Shown: piece after piece, positions 60,068-60,597 of the stretch
Position numbering within the stretch: position 1 is the stretch's first letter
Layout: every line of letters starts with the position of its first letter
Assembly (NCBI GenBank): GCA_041182265.1
Contig: JBEGOB010000281.1
Span: 1-60,597 of the forward strand
DNA length: 60,597 nucleotides
Reading direction: 5' to 3'
Source: Verrucomicrobiota bacterium
Lineage (GTDB): Bacteria > Verrucomicrobiota > Verrucomicrobiia > Verrucomicrobiales > Akkermansiaceae
Notes under the pieces: model-generated
What the model saw: the letters and a program-made list of their open reading frames with translations, nothing else
What the model was told of the DNA's origin: nothing
The model's database searches: none
Program-made: the position numbers and the translations under genes

Positions 60068-60597
60068 ATGAATTCACGATCCCTTCTCATTCTAGCAGCA
60101 TCTCTTGCTTCACTCCTCTTCTCAGCCTCTTGTGCAAACCGCACAGGCAACTACGGCAAGGGACTTGCCGCCTACCACTCCTACGACCGCCCCACCAAGC
60201 TCCCGCAGAACCCTAACAAAGTTTACGTAAAAGTTTCCCTTAGCAAGCAGCGAACCTACGTGATGGAGGGCTCGGAGGTACTTCTCGCTATGCCAGTCTC
60301 CGTCGGCGCACCCGGATCGGTCACACCTTCCGGAAATTTCAAAATCTTCAATAAGGTCGCAAAAAAGCGCGCGAATACCCACGGTTACGCACATAAAGGC
60401 GGACAAACGAGAAAATCGATGATCAACAGCCGACCTGCAGGTTGGTCATTCAAAGGCACGCCCATGCCCTACTGGTGCGAATTCAAGCCCAATTACGGCT
60501 TCCACACGGGTTGGGTGAAACACCATCCGTGCACACACGGCTGCATCCGCATGCACGAGAATCTATCTCCCAAATTCTTCAATTTGGTCAAAATCGG
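60068..60597 (+). CDS. L,D-transpeptidase (YkuD) lipoprotein, 3'-truncated by window edge; not in the supplied ORF track
   Basis: Translated by hand: MNSRSLLILAASLASLLFSASC...VSLSKQRTYV...TPSGNF...MPYW...GFHTG...CTHGCIRMH. Confidence 0.88.
   Translation, partial: MNSRSLLILAASLASLLFSASCANRTGNYGKGLAAYHSYDRPTKLPQNPNKVYVKVSLSKQRTYVMEGSEVLLAMPVSVGAPGSVTPSGNFKIFNKVAKKRANTHGYAHKGGQTRKSMINSRPAGWSFKGTPMPYWCEFKPNYGFHTGWVKHHPCTHGCIRMHENLSPKFFNLVKI

Noticed and set aside
1-60597. CRISPR arrays, tRNA/rRNA, prophage or integrase genes
   Set aside because: None seen; intergenic gaps are short and show no spaced direct repeats or cloverleaf signatures by eye.

Overview
Gene-dense, GC-rich bacterial chromosome segment with about 58 genes. 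DUF6288, planctomycete-type cytochrome c and WxxxDPxAA-repeat proteins, plus the general lack of Shine-Dalgarno sites, suggest Verrucomicrobiota (Luteolibacter-like; this is an inference). Housekeeping blocks (cbpA/dnaJ, polX, ccsA-hemA, ruvC-lipB-rnhB-yraN, pfkA, nusA-infB-rbfA, eda, acpP, fbaA) alternate with accessory carbohydrate modules. These are a GH95-HEAT-DUF6288 cassette, an AraC/RbsD/fucI/sugar-ABC locus, and a five-gene operon. That operon encodes an IolO-like epimerase, an L-galactose-dehydrogenase-like AKR, an L-galactonate-5-dehydrogenase-like MDR, UxaE and a lactonase. It is the best candidate for a new system: it reads as an oxidative route for L-hexoses (L-galactose and probably L-glucose) to D-fructuronate. 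Other signals are recurring leaderless-type promoters (-35/17 nt/-10/6-8 nt/ATG), two apparently inactivated enzymes (a COG2958-like nuclease and a LysM-YkuD protein), a partial Rpn gene with a possible internal antitoxin start, and a rimP-leader-type hairpin upstream of nusA although rimP is absent. I saw no rRNA, tRNA, CRISPR array or intact IS element. All family calls come from reading motifs by eye, not from database searches.
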